Source: an uncultured Fibrobacterota bacterium (GTDB lineage Bacteria; Fibrobacterota; Chitinivibrionia; Chitinivibrionales; FEN-1185). Taken from it: a stretch of 64,000 nucleotides of DNA. Under the pieces are notes generated by a model that saw nothing but the letters and a program-made list of their open reading frames with translations, was not told where the DNA came from and made no database searches. The translations under genes and the position numbers were made by a program. This document shows, piece after piece, positions 50,484 to 61,039 of this stretch (position 1 is its first letter; the number at the start of each line of letters is the position of its first letter). Location: the NCBI GenBank assembly GCA_963753345.1, contig CAVWBU010000027.1, positions 256,001-320,000 of the forward strand, given 5' to 3'.

Positions 50484-51497
50484 TCACAGTGTTTCGAGAA
50501 TGGAAGCATAGTCCGCTTCACCGATCGTGCGGTTGAACTGGATCCGGACGGTCCCGGAACCGGTATCGTGATGAATTTCCCGCGCGGAAAGGGAAATGCC
50601 GCCTATTTCAAACGGGTCGTCGTGCCACTCAAAGGTGCCATCGTATTTGAAAAGCATGCCTCGTGGAGAAATATTAATCAGAAAAACCGGAAGAACGCGC
50701 TCGCCGAATATGAGCGACGTATGCTTTTCGACAAGCTGGCGTTCGTGGGCCCTGTCCGAAGTCGCGGTGAGGGTCTGCACCATTTTTCCCATGTTTGGTT
50801 CGCTGAGCGCTTCCTTGAAGATCAGCCTGCAGTTCTTATGCTTGAGGTCGTTGAACAGCGGCTCCGCATCAAAGGCGATCTCTCCTATTTTAACGGCAAC
50901 CTGGGCCGCGTCGAAAAGACCGTCGTAGTAGAACATCATGCCCTTTTGGGAGACATTGACCACATAAGCGCGGATGTCTTTGCCGTTCAGCTTGATGTTG
51001 CTGTATTTGCCGATATTATGGCGGGGGTATTTCCGGTCGTCAACCTGCGACCTGGTCAATTCCTCCTTGATTGCATGGATCATGGAGTCGATGTTGGTCT
51101 TCATTTTCTCCTTGAGAATATGACCGAGCACCTCCTCGATAACCGGAATGCCGAGATTATAATCGATGGTAAAGTAGATCTTGATGCCTTCGTTCTGAAA
51201 GTCCTCAACCTTCCACGTTCCGTTGATGTTCTCAAAATCGCCGTCTATCGATTCAAACCGCAGCTCGTAGTTGGCAACGTCGTAATAGTCGCGTTCCACC
51301 CAGCGCAGCGGCGCCTCTTCAACCGTGACGAACCACTCCGATTTTCCGTCGGTCGGGGTTTTCTCAATGACGTTCACCTTGTCGACGTTCTCCATGATGG
51401 CTTCGTACCGGGAGTAGTCGGAGATGATGGTCCAGGCGAATTCCTTACGCACCTTTCCCTTGAGCACCGCTTCGGTTGAGACTCGTTCGTAGGCCAT
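50484..51497 (-). CDS. SRPBCC/START lipid-binding domain fused to two PilZ domains
   Basis: N-terminal W..ISDYSRY..IM, W.E.D, F..IDGDF..GTW; PilZ motifs RKYPR/NVSQKG and RAHER/NISPRG. Confidence 0.8.
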   Translation of the reverse strand: MAYERVSTEAVLKGKVRKEFAWTIISDYSRYEAIMENVDKVNVIEKTPTDGKSEWFVTVEEAPLRWVERDYYDVANYELRFESIDGDFENINGTWKVEDFQNEGIKIYFTIDYNLGIPVIEEVLGHILKEKMKTNIDSMIHAIKEELTRSQVDDRKYPRHNIGKYSNIKLNGKDIRAYVVNVSQKGMMFYYDGLFDAAQVAVKIGEIAFDAEPLFNDLKHKNCRLIFKEALSEPNMGKMVQTLTATSDRAHERQLVEKHTSLIFGERVLPVFLINISPRGMLFKYDGTFEWHDDPFEIGGISLSAREIHHDTGSGTVRIQFNRTIGEADYASILETL

Positions 51498-51827
51498 GAC
51501 TCAATTGCCCTGCTGGTTATTGTAGCGCATAAACTGAACCCGCGACAGATTTACTGTTCCGTGAAGAATGTGCATCGGCACCTGATATGATGTCTTCTCC
51601 AAGTGATGAAAGTGAGGAGAGATTCTGCACGTCAAAGACGCTCATGACGCCAAACACGTTCTCGCTTTTTTTCTCGTCTGCGGCAGCATCCAGGCACTGG
51701 TGTGACTACGTTCACCTGGATTCGGCGTAACAAAGACATATCAAAGATAGAATTTGTTGCGCTAAAGCGCAAGCGCCGTGTTGAGCGTCCCGAGAATTCC
51801 CATTTTGCAACTTGCCGTGCGACCACC

Positions 51828-52535
51828 CTATGATTCCGCTTTGCAGCCGATGAGCCGCCCTACATCCGGTTCTGCGGGCCCGGCAAAGAACGCGTGCCCG
51901 CCCGGCACCGAAACAAATCTGGAGCCCAAATCATCAGCCAGCGCTTTTCCCGCGGCCACGGGGACAATTGCATCCTCACTGCCGTTAAGAACCATGGAGG
52001 CACACCGCAATTTTGCCAGTACCGGAAGCAGGTTTGCCTGTTCGAGAAACAACAGGCCGGCAGCAAGCGAATTCACGCCGTACCGTGCGGATTGTAAAAC
52101 ATCAGGCGAAAGGCCGGCGGTCAGCAGAAAATCGCGCAGGACCGTATTCCCGGGTGTCGGAAGCCGTTGTCGCATGGCGGCCAGCACACTTGTCTTCCAG
52201 CCGGACCTGAACCCTTCACACCTGCAGAACGACGGCGTGGCGGACAGAAGAACCAGTTTGTGCGGTTCGCATCGTAGCGCAAGCGCGCCGGCGATTATCG
52301 CGCCGGTGGACCATCCGGCAACAGCGTTCGCCGTTGCAAGTTCATTTTCAAATGTTCGTTCGACTTTCGATACCCAATGGGACAGGAGCGTTTCACCGTC
52401 AAAAAGAGACGGCATCAACGGATTCACATCCACGTATATGGCGCTGGCGCCGAACAGGGGCTGCAAAAGTTTTGGGCCAATGCCCCACCCTCCGAAAACA
52501 AGCCACCTGTCAACCATGGAGTTTTTTCCATTCAC
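51828..52535 (-). CDS. bioH: Pimeloyl-ACP methyl ester esterase-like alpha/beta hydrolase
   Basis: GGWG, GWSTG elbow, D..VP and GHA. It is the last gene of the bio operon. Confidence 0.75.
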   Translation of the reverse strand: MNGKNSMVDRWLVFGGWGIGPKLLQPLFGASAIYVDVNPLMPSLFDGETLLSHWVSKVERTFENELATANAVAGWSTGAIIAGALALRCEPHKLVLLSATPSFCRCEGFRSGWKTSVLAAMRQRLPTPGNTVLRDFLLTAGLSPDVLQSARYGVNSLAAGLLFLEQANLLPVLAKLRCASMVLNGSEDAIVPVAAGKALADDLGSRFVSVPGGHAFFAGPAEPDVGRLIGCKAES

Positions 52536-53656
52536 CGAGTGTGTCGATCACAAATGCTATATCTGCGTCCGACAGCCCGGAATGCACCGAGAACCGGACG
52601 CGTGCCTTGCCCTGCGGGACCGTGGGCGGCCGGATGGCCGGCGCCTTAATGCCGCGCGTACGAAGAAAAGCTGAGAGCTCGACGGCTTGTTTATCGCTTC
52701 CCGCAAGGCACGGCACGATCTGCGTCGAGGAATTAAGCGTGTCGAAGCCGCAATCGCGGATTCCCTCTCGCAGAATACGCGCTTTTGTCAATAGTGCCGG
52801 GCCGAGCCCGGGGTGTTTGCGGCAGATGACGCACCGCGGCAAGGTCATGCGCCAGCACCGACTGCGGCAGCCCCGTGGAATAGACAAGGCTGCGCGCCAG
52901 GTTGACAAAACAGTCTCTGAAGAACGAATTGCCCGCAAAGAAACCGCCCAATCCGGCAACGGCCTTGCTGAGCGTTCCCATCACAACGTCGATCCCGCTC
53001 TCCACGCCGCATTCCTCCACCAACCCGGCAAGCGTTTTCCCGAACACGCCCGTTGCGTGAGCCTCGTCGACCATCACCATGCAGCCGAACTGCTTTGCAA
53101 GCCCGCAGATGTCGGCAAGCGGCGCCGTGTCGCCGTCCATGCTGAACACGGAATCGGTGACAATGAGCCGTTCCTTCTTTGTGGAGACCGCAAGTCTGTC
53201 CCTTAGATCCGTCATGTCGCAATGGCAATACCGCACGAGCGCCGCGCCCGACAGGCGCACGCCGTCGAGGATCGAGGCGTGATTGAGCCGGTCGCAGAAG
53301 ACCTCGGTGTCACGCCCGCACAGGGCCTGAATGATGCCCAGGTTCGCGCATACCCGGAATTAAACACCAGCGCCGCCTCGGTTTTTTTCCACTGGGCAAG
53401 CTCCAGTTCGAGTGCGTCGTAAAGCGGCGAACGGGTTTCGATGAGACGCGAGGCGAGATTTCCCGAAAAGCAAGAATCCGCCAGACGTTCTGCCTCCGAC
53501 CTGACCTCGGGATCGGTATGCAGCGAACAATAGCTGTTGGTCGGCGAGATCGAGGCGCGCGCCGCAAGGCGACGGGCCCATTGTCCTGAACAGGTCGAGG
53601 CTTTTTCTGCTGTCAAGTTCCGCGTCCAGGCGGTCGTATATAGGCGAGTCATTCAT
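52510..53656 (-). CDS. bioF: 8-amino-7-oxononanoate synthase, frameshifted
   Basis: ASRLI, FNSGY, DSVFSMDGD, VDEAHATG, GTLSKA, AIRPPTVP across four frames. Confidence 0.85.
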
Positions 53657-54989
53657 GGAGAATGTCTCTAACTGCTTTGGTGGTGACCGCAAACATGGTA
53701 CTGATCTGTTCTTCGGTGATAATATACGGCGGGACAAAATACAGCACGTTTCCCAGGGGACGGATGAGAACGCCGTTTTCCAGCGCTTTTTGCGCGATAC
53801 GGAATGGCACGCGTTTTTCCGGAAGAAAAGGCGATTTGGTTTTCCTGTCCGCCACAAGTTCGATTGCGCCAATCATGCCGATGGACTTCACGTCCCCGAC
53901 CTCATCAATGCCGCGCAAGGCTTCAAGCCCTTTTCTGAAAAACTCCATCTTCGTTTCGAGCGACCCAGGGATATTCTCTTCTCGCATTATGGCAAGTGTT
54001 TCGCAGGCCGCTGCGGCAGCAAGCGGGTTCCCGGTAAAGGAGTGACCGTGAGCCAGTTCCTTTCCCGCAAGGTGATTGCCGCAGAATGCCGCATAGACCT
54101 CCTCGCGCGCAACGGTCGCCGCCATGGGCAAACAGCCGCCCGTGAGCCCTTTTGCAAGGCACATGATGTCGGGCGTTACGCCGGCATGCTCGCACGCGAA
54201 AAGTTTTCCGGTGCGGCCGAAACCGGTCGCCACCTCATCGGCAATGGTGAGCACGCCATGGACTTTACAGGCTGCAAAAAGGCGCTTGAGCACCTTGGCC
54301 GGATACACGCGCATGCCTGCCGCGCCCTGAACCATGGGCTCAAAAATGCACGCAGCAATCGTGTCGCCCTTTTCGTCAAGGATGCGTTCAAGCGATTTCA
54401 TGCATTCGGCGCCGCAGGTCTCTTTTTCCATGCCGCAAGGGCAGCGGTAGCAGTATGGTGCGTCCGCGTACCACTGCGACTTGAACGCTTTGTGAAAGAG
54501 CGAGTGATACGCGGGAATGTTTCCAACCGACATTGCCCCGAGCGTGTCACCATGGTAGCCGCCGGAGAGCGAAACAAAGGCGGTGCGCGGTTCTCCCCTT
54601 GCCGCCCGGTATTGCAGCGCAATTTTGAGCGCCACCTCAACCGCTGTGGAACCGTCGTCGGAATAAAAGATGCGCGCAAGTTCCTTCGGCAGCAGCGCCG
54701 CAAGCCTGTGCGAAAGTTCGAGCGCAGGCTCCGAAATAAACCCTGCCATAAGGACGTGTTCAAGTTTGTCCGCTTGATTCTTGACAGCCCTGATTATCCG
54801 CGGATGGCAATGCCCCAGAACCGACACCCACCATGATCCTATTGCGTCAAGGTAGCGCCTTCCGTTTTTATCGAAAAGGTAAACACCCTCGCCGCGGGTA
54901 ATCACGGCCGGCGGATAGTCGCGGACGTCATCCGAACACGTGAAGGGAAACCAGAGACGGTTGAAGGGGTCAGCGGAGGAGTTCATCAC
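53649..54989 (-). CDS. bioA: Adenosylmethionine-8-amino-7-oxononanoate aminotransferase
   Basis: LWFPFT, SWWV, GSTAVEVALK, YHGDT, DEVATGFGRTG, AKGLTGG. Confidence 0.95.
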   Translation of the reverse strand: MMNSSADPFNRLWFPFTCSDDVRDYPPAVITRGEGVYLFDKNGRRYLDAIGSWWVSVLGHCHPRIIRAVKNQADKLEHVLMAGFISEPALELSHRLAALLPKELARIFYSDDGSTAVEVALKIALQYRAARGEPRTAFVSLSGGYHGDTLGAMSVGNIPAYHSLFHKAFKSQWYADAPYCYRCPCGMEKETCGAECMKSLERILDEKGDTIAACIFEPMVQGAAGMRVYPAKVLKRLFAACKVHGVLTIADEVATGFGRTGKLFACEHAGVTPDIMCLAKGLTGGCLPMAATVAREEVYAAFCGNHLAGKELAHGHSFTGNPLAAAAACETLAIMREENIPGSLETKMEFFRKGLEALRGIDEVGDVKSIGMIGAIELVADRKTKSPFLPEKRVPFRIAQKALENGVLIRPLGNVLYFVPPYIITEEQISTMFAVTTKAVRDILHE

Positions 54990-55671
54990 AAAACTCCTTG
55001 GTCTTCTTCAAACAGCGGCATCCATACGGCACCACGAGAAACGGCACGTTTCGTGCGTAATTGCGAAGCGTTCTGACGTTGTCGCGGTAGATAAAATCAT
55101 CTCGGACATTATTACGGTTATTGATAACCAGGCCCGCCAGCGAAAGGCCGGCGGCCTCAATCGCGCACATGGTGAGAAACGTATGGTTGAGCGTGCCCAG
55201 TTCGGGAGTGGTGACGAGAACGACGGGCAGCTTGAGCAGCTCCATGAGATTGACAGTGAGCACCGATGGACCAAGCGGAACCATCACTCCCCCTGCGCCC
55301 TCAGCGAATACGCATCCGCCGCGCATACCGGGAAGGCTTCGTATCATGTCAAGACTTCGTTTGATTTTCCGGATTGAAACTTGCGCGTGCGCGCGCTGTG
55401 CAGCCAGATGCGGTGAACACGCGGGAACAAACCGGTACGGAACGTGAATGTGATCCGCGCCAAGGACCAGACCGCCCGACTTTCTGACATATTCAAAGTC
55501 CGGAGCGCTAAGCATGCCGTCTTTCAATTGCCTGCATCCGGTTTGCACCGGTTTCATGTACGAAACCGGAACAAATGCGGCCATCGCCTCAACGAGCAGC
55601 CGGCTCACAAATGTTTTTCCGACGTCGGTGCCGGTGCCGGTGACAAAAAATCCGATTGACTTAGCCTTCAT
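54970..55671 (-). CDS. bioD: Dethiobiotin synthase
   Basis: VTGTGTDVGKT, KPVQTG, SPHLAA, EGAGG, LGTLNHT. Confidence 0.95.
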   Translation of the reverse strand: MKAKSIGFFVTGTGTDVGKTFVSRLLVEAMAAFVPVSYMKPVQTGCRQLKDGMLSAPDFEYVRKSGGLVLGADHIHVPYRFVPACSPHLAAQRAHAQVSIRKIKRSLDMIRSLPGMRGGCVFAEGAGGVMVPLGPSVLTVNLMELLKLPVVLVTTPELGTLNHTFLTMCAIEAAGLSLAGLVINNRNNVRDDFIYRDNVRTLRNYARNVPFLVVPYGCRCLKKTKEFCDELLR

Positions 55672-55677
55672 ACGAAA

Positions 55678-56442
55678 TCATTTCTTGATTGCAAGTCCAT
55701 AGGCGACATTGATGGAGAGCGGAACCCCGGAAGGCTCGTTATGCCTTTCTCCATATTCCCTGCACAGTCTTATTATTTCCTGCAGAGAAAGGCGCTTCCC
55801 CTCGACCGCGGTGCTGCCCGTCTCGCTCATGTACTTGAGCGCATCCATGGCAGAGGCAAAGCGGTACTGCTTTGCAAAGGATAAATACGTCCGGCAGTCG
55901 AATCCCGATGCGGCCAACAGCGCCGAAAAATCGTCGCGCGAAGGAAGACGTACCGGAACGGAAAGATTGCGCTCCTGGCGCAGGGAAAATATTTCGGCAA
56001 AAGAACCTTGCAGAAATGCGGCGAATACCAGCGCGCCGCCGGCAGCCAGAATGCGGTGCAATTCCCCCATGCCTTTGGATGGATCCGCCAGCCAGTGTAA
56101 CACCGAGGCGACCACTGCGCCGCCGAACACCCCGCTTTTGAACGGCAACCCCTCAATGTCGGACTGAACCGCGCCGGAGCTTCTGCGGCAACGCAGCATT
56201 CCGTATGCCAGATCGGTGCGCATCAATCTGACAGGAACCTTGTGATCGATAAGCAACCCTGCCATGCCGCCTGCGCCGCAGCCGGCGTCAAGCCAAGGCA
56301 GGCTTAGCCAGCCCGCGGTCTTTACAAGAGGAACAAGCATTGCAAGGATCTGTTTCTGGATATACGCTTCCTCCTGGTATCCGTTTGCTTTTGCGGAAAA
56401 TGTCGCGGCAATGCAGCGTTTGGACGGAATTTGTACAATCAT
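55678..56442 (-). CDS. bioC: Malonyl-ACP O-methyltransferase
   Basis: IAATFSAKANGY..IQ, LDAGCGAG, LHW. It is the first gene of the bio operon. Confidence 0.85.
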   Translation of the reverse strand: MIVQIPSKRCIAATFSAKANGYQEEAYIQKQILAMLVPLVKTAGWLSLPWLDAGCGAGGMAGLLIDHKVPVRLMRTDLAYGMLRCRRSSGAVQSDIEGLPFKSGVFGGAVVASVLHWLADPSKGMGELHRILAAGGALVFAAFLQGSFAEIFSLRQERNLSVPVRLPSRDDFSALLAASGFDCRTYLSFAKQYRFASAMDALKYMSETGSTAVEGKRLSLQEIIRLCREYGERHNEPSGVPLSINVAYGLAIKK

Positions 56443-56864
56443 GGCTTCGGTTCAAAATAACTTACGGACATCGATACCAAGGCGGATGGCCAGCCTCTTC
56501 CCGACCCTTTTGACGACATCCGATATTCCCGGCTTTGCGGGGATTGAGTTTTTTCCCGTAAAGCAGGGCCGAAACATGTGAAAAATTTACCAGTTGCAGG
56601 GCATGTTTTCTATTTGCAAATCAACAGGATAAGCGGCAACCATAAACCGGAATCTTCCTTACCGTCAGGAAGAAAAAATACATGCGGAAATCCCGGGAAA
56701 TATTATAGATTACTCAGGGAAAAAATCCGCGACAGCTTTTCTTTCCTGAAAAAGCGGATTGTCCGGGGTGGCTGCCAACCGTTTCGCTTCCGGAGTGAGG
56801 GGTAATATATTATTTTTAAAGGCTATCCCATTCATAGGTAAGGACACCACCCTTCTATATTATT

Positions 56865-58013
56865 ATGTGCCCATCAAACTTCACTATAAAATTTCCTGTT
56901 GCCATTGTTGTGTCTGCACTTGCATGCCTTGCATTGTTATCGTGCAGCGATTGGATATACAAGCCGAGTCAATTCCTTACCCCGGTACCACCGCCGCCGC
57001 CCAATGCATTTGTTTCCAAAGACAGTCTTTCCGCTTTTGTCGGTACGCAAAATGTCAAATTGGCATATACGAAAGTGATTGTCGGTGGAACTCAACTGCT
57101 GTATTTTGTTGATTTCAATGATAGCTCGGTTACTCCCAAATTGCTCAAGAAGCCGAGCGACAAGCCGGATTGGGCCGCCTGGTGCCCGATAATTTCTCCT
57201 GACGGTAACCTTGTGACATACTATCTTGTTGATCCTTCAAACATCAAGCACGCGGCGGCTTATTGCCAGAAGCTCGATACCAGCGCGGTGCCGAATCTTA
57301 TCGACGATCCGGGCAGCGATCCTCATTTTTTCAATGATATCAACAAAAATTTATACATTACCTATGCCGATACGACGGATGAGGTGGACGCTACTTACAG
57401 CATGTTGACAACCAAGCATACCTATCGAGTGCAAATCAGCGCCAGTACAGGGGCGAAAACAGGAACAAAAGATTCCATTGCGCCGTTCCCTTTTTATGGC
57501 GGCGTGTCGTACGATGGCGCCTACATTTGCACAGGATATATTAACGCTTATATCTTCAATATTTCCACGCAGACCTTTTTCTCTGTCAATACCGGTAAAC
57601 AGACCTGCAATCCTTCGACGACGCCGGACTCGCTGCTCACCGGCCGCATGATGTTCCTGAACATCGGCGGCATCCAAAACCTGAATAACATGGGCGCGCT
57701 GACGGTAACCAACCTTCCGGAACATCAGTATGTTCTGATTGCGGACACCGCCAACAATCTTGTCAACAGTTTCAACGTCGGCCAGATCCTGCCCGACTAT
57801 GCAAGCGGTGAATGGCAATGTCCGAAATGGTCGAACATTTCGAATTTCTTCTGCGCGCTAGCAACAAAATCAACGAGCGGCCAAACCATTGTCTACGACT
57901 GTTTTATCGTCTCGATTGCTCCGACTACAAGAGCCTTGTTGCTGAATGTCAAGCCCGACCTGCTTCAATTCAACAGCACATCAAAACCCTATGTTTATAT
58001 AGGGGGAAAATGA
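56865..58013 (+). CDS. Lipoprotein with TolB/PD40-like beta-propeller
   Basis: LALLSC lipobox; PIISPDG, PKWS. Confidence 0.65.
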   Translation: MCPSNFTIKFPVAIVVSALACLALLSCSDWIYKPSQFLTPVPPPPPNAFVSKDSLSAFVGTQNVKLAYTKVIVGGTQLLYFVDFNDSSVTPKLLKKPSDKPDWAAWCPIISPDGNLVTYYLVDPSNIKHAAAYCQKLDTSAVPNLIDDPGSDPHFFNDINKNLYITYADTTDEVDATYSMLTTKHTYRVQISASTGAKTGTKDSIAPFPFYGGVSYDGAYICTGYINAYIFNISTQTFFSVNTGKQTCNPSTTPDSLLTGRMMFLNIGGIQNLNNMGALTVTNLPEHQYVLIADTANNLVNSFNVGQILPDYASGEWQCPKWSNISNFFCALATKSTSGQTIVYDCFIVSIAPTTRALLLNVKPDLLQFNSTSKPYVYIGGK

Positions 58014-59204
58014 CCTCGAATAGCGCGGGCAAAAACATGCGGATTCCGTTTTTTAACGGGTTTCTATTCCTGGGGATGTTTTTGCCGGCAATCATTTTAC
58101 TCACGATGTTTACCCTCGACCGGAACGGCCGCGCCATTGTCACAACAACGCCGTGGGCCTGTGTCGGGGGCTGCGGCGCGGGAGGATCGGGCGGCGCCGG
58201 GGGTGCCACGGCAAAATGGATAGGAAACGGGGTCAGCGGCGGACTTCTCGACATCCAGGCAATGTATTCTTCGACCGCGACAAAAACATCCGATGCAAAG
58301 GCCCTTGAACTTCGCTTCAGCATCAAGCCGACGTATACCGGCGTTCTGGCGCTCACCGTTCCGTTTTCATCAAAATCAGGTTCCTTGCAAGTGTCGGCCC
58401 TCTACTCCCCTACGACGGGGCTTATCAATAACGGTCTGGGCGATCTCCGCGTGGACTACATAGGCGCCTTCGGTCTGTCGGGCGACTTCAGCTATGATGT
58501 TACGCTCTCGGTTCCGACCGGTTCCTACACCGCAACGACCGGCGAGGAAAAGGCCCTGCAATATCTTCCGACCAGCCTGCAACTCGGCGCCGGCATCTAC
58601 AATCTCAGCCTTGATCTTGGAAAAACAATCGACATGGACAAGAGCCTGGTGCTGATTGATCTCGTCTATTCGTATCCTTTCAACATCAACTTTTACGGAA
58701 AAGACCAATATTACAATTTCACTCCGCAGCAGAAAGACATGATGACCAGTGCGGAAAAGAAACGGTTCTATTATTACTTCAAACCCTATGGAGAAAACGA
58801 TCTTGGCGGGTACACTCCTCCCAGCATCATGGCGTCGGCGATTTTATGGATATAGGGGGATAGAGAATTTTGTCCATTCCTTCGGGCTGATGTTTTCCGT
58901 CCCGCTCGGAGTCGATTGGATTCCTTCCATGGGAAACGGAACTCCGTATGATCCTACCCCGGACCCGGATAATCAAGTCTGGAACGCCACCTTATGCTAC
59001 GGGCTCGAATTCACCCGGTCCAATTTTCCGATATTCATCGCGGCGTATCTTCCAATCCATGCAAAGACCGCTTCTGCGACAAATGCCCAGGCAGGAAATC
59101 CGTACGATCCGACCCCCATGGAAGACTGGTCACGCGGGCCGGACTGGAACGACGTGTTTCATCGCTGGTCGGTGTTTGTCGGCGTAAAAACATCTTTATT
59201 CTAA
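58010..59204 (+). CDS. Putative outer-membrane beta-barrel protein, frameshifted near 58845
   Basis: Signal-like N-terminus, CVGGC motif, GLGDL, PTG..LQLGAG (transporter/MetA-pathway barrel-like) and a terminal Phe. Confidence 0.55.
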
Positions 59205-59224
59205 TGTAAACGGAAGGCTTCACC

Positions 59225-59899
59225 ATGAAAAAATCAATGGCGTTTGCAATCGTATCGGCACTCTGTGCAATGACATTTCTGGGGGTTTCCTGCGGTAACC
59301 CAACGTCGGTAAAGACCCCTATTGCCATTACAAAACCCGGTGCAGGACAAAAAGCCGCGGCAGGAGACACGCTGCTGGTTGCCTGGACCCAACCGGTTGC
59401 CAGTCCGAAGATTTCTTACAATTACAACTTTGGGGCCGGGTGGCAGCAATTCGCGTCCGTTATCCCGGTTGATAATTATTCCGCAAAAGCCGTTCTCCCC
59501 ATAACCTCATTTACCGACAGTTTTCAGATCATGGTCGAAGACAACGGCAATACGTATGCCGCAGGGACCAGCGCTCTCTTTTCCGTCAAGTACATCGTTA
59601 TCACGTCTCCGACGGCCGGACAGACTTTTTCCGTCGGTCAAACCGTCACCATAACATGGAAAGACACTCCGGCCAAGCTGTCCTCTCTTCGAGTCCGACT
59701 GTCGACAGACGGCGGCAGGTCATTCGGCGAGATGTTGACCTCATCGATAAGCGATCTTTCGCAGACATCCTACGCATGGGTCATCGGTTCAGAACCGGGA
59801 GGGTCCTTTTCCTATCCAAGTTCCTCGTGCGTCCTGAGAATCCAAGACTACACCAACGACCAACTGTTTGACGTCACCGGCACTTTTAGCGTGCAGTAA
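59225..59899 (+). CDS. Lipoprotein with tandem Ig-like domains
   Basis: FLGVSC lipobox; repeated ITxP..G..VTITW units; LSTDGG. Confidence 0.7.
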   Translation: MKKSMAFAIVSALCAMTFLGVSCGNPTSVKTPIAITKPGAGQKAAAGDTLLVAWTQPVASPKISYNYNFGAGWQQFASVIPVDNYSAKAVLPITSFTDSFQIMVEDNGNTYAAGTSALFSVKYIVITSPTAGQTFSVGQTVTITWKDTPAKLSSLRVRLSTDGGRSFGEMLTSSISDLSQTSYAWVIGSEPGGSFSYPSSSCVLRIQDYTNDQLFDVTGTFSVQ

Positions 59900-59938
59900 A
59901 GGAAACAGCGGACGCGCCTGCAGGCGCGCTTGTGCATC

Positions 59939-61039
59939 ATGAGAACGGCACCAACAACACTGTGCATCCTCGGCTGCGGCGGTTTTATCGGCTCGCACCT
60001 GTGTGAACGCATCCTCGCGGACACAGACTGGCGCATTAGCGGCGTGGACCGGAATCCGGCGAAAATTTCCTCATTCCTCTCCCATCCAAGATTTACGTAC
60101 GCCAACGTGGACATCGACTCCGCGGATGCCGTCGACGAATACCTGCGCACCAGCGACGTCGTGGTCTCGCTCGTTGCGCTGTGCAACCCGTCGCTGTACA
60201 ATACGGTCCCGCTCCAGGTGATCGACAGCAATTTTTCCAGGCCGCTCAAAATAGTGGAACGCTGCTCAACGCTGCGAAAGCGTCTGGTGCATTTCTCCAC
60301 CTGCGAAGTGTACGGAACAACGGTTTCCTTCCGGGCCGGCATGCCGTTCAATTCGAGCACCGACGTTTTCCGCGAGCAGACCACGCCGCTTGTGCTCGGA
60401 CCCGTGACCGCGCAGCGATGGACCTATGCGTGCGCAAAGCAGCTTCTTGAACGCGCCATTTTCGCGCACGGCGTGCAGAACGGCCTGGACTATACTATTG
60501 TACGGCCCTTCAATTTTATCGGCCCCCGCATGGACTTTCTGCCCGGCGTGGACGGCGAGGGCGTTCCGCGCGTGCTCGCCTGCTTTATGGACGCGCTCTT
60601 GTCGCAGAAGCCGCTCAAGCTGGTTGACGGCGGGAGAAACCGCCGAACGTTCACCGATATCCGCGATGCCGTCGACGCCGTCATGGCGATCCTTGCGCGT
60701 CCCGAAGAATGCCGCCGCCGCATTTTCAACATAGGCAATCCGGCGAACGAGACGACCATTGCAGGTCTGGCGAAAACAATGATCGCCCTGTACCGCGACC
60801 TTCGTCCCGAACTGGCGGATTTTCCCTATTGCACCCAGACCGTCACGTCAATGGAGTTCTACGGCGCGGGCTACGAAGACTCGGACCGCCGCGTGCCCGA
60901 CATTTCCGTGGCACGAGAGGCGCTTGGGTGGAAGCCTTCCGTTTCCCTCAAAGACTCGCTCCGTTCGGCAATGGAGTTTTACATCAAGGAATACAGCCGC
61001 GCGCGGGCGTGCACGCCCGCATGCACGGAGGCAGTCTGA
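59939..61039 (+). CDS. UDP-apiose/UDP-xylose synthase-like SDR
   Basis: GCGGFIGSHL, ALCNP, STCEVYG, QRWTYACAKQL, VRPFNFIGPRMDFLPGVDGEGVPRVLACF, FYGAGYEDSDRRVPD match plant AXS motifs. Confidence 0.85.
   Translation: MRTAPTTLCILGCGGFIGSHLCERILADTDWRISGVDRNPAKISSFLSHPRFTYANVDIDSADAVDEYLRTSDVVVSLVALCNPSLYNTVPLQVIDSNFSRPLKIVERCSTLRKRLVHFSTCEVYGTTVSFRAGMPFNSSTDVFREQTTPLVLGPVTAQRWTYACAKQLLERAIFAHGVQNGLDYTIVRPFNFIGPRMDFLPGVDGEGVPRVLACFMDALLSQKPLKLVDGGRNRRTFTDIRDAVDAVMAILARPEECRRRIFNIGNPANETTIAGLAKTMIALYRDLRPELADFPYCTQTVTSMEFYGAGYEDSDRRVPDISVAREALGWKPSVSLKDSLRSAMEFYIKEYSRARACTPACTEAV

Noticed and set aside
52510-53656. CqsA/LqsA-type alpha-hydroxyketone synthase
   Set aside because: It is embedded in the bio operon between bioA and bioH, so ordinary BioF is the simpler explanation.
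56556-56592. BirA operator upstream of bioC
   Set aside because: The gtaaa...tttac half-sites are weak and too widely spaced.
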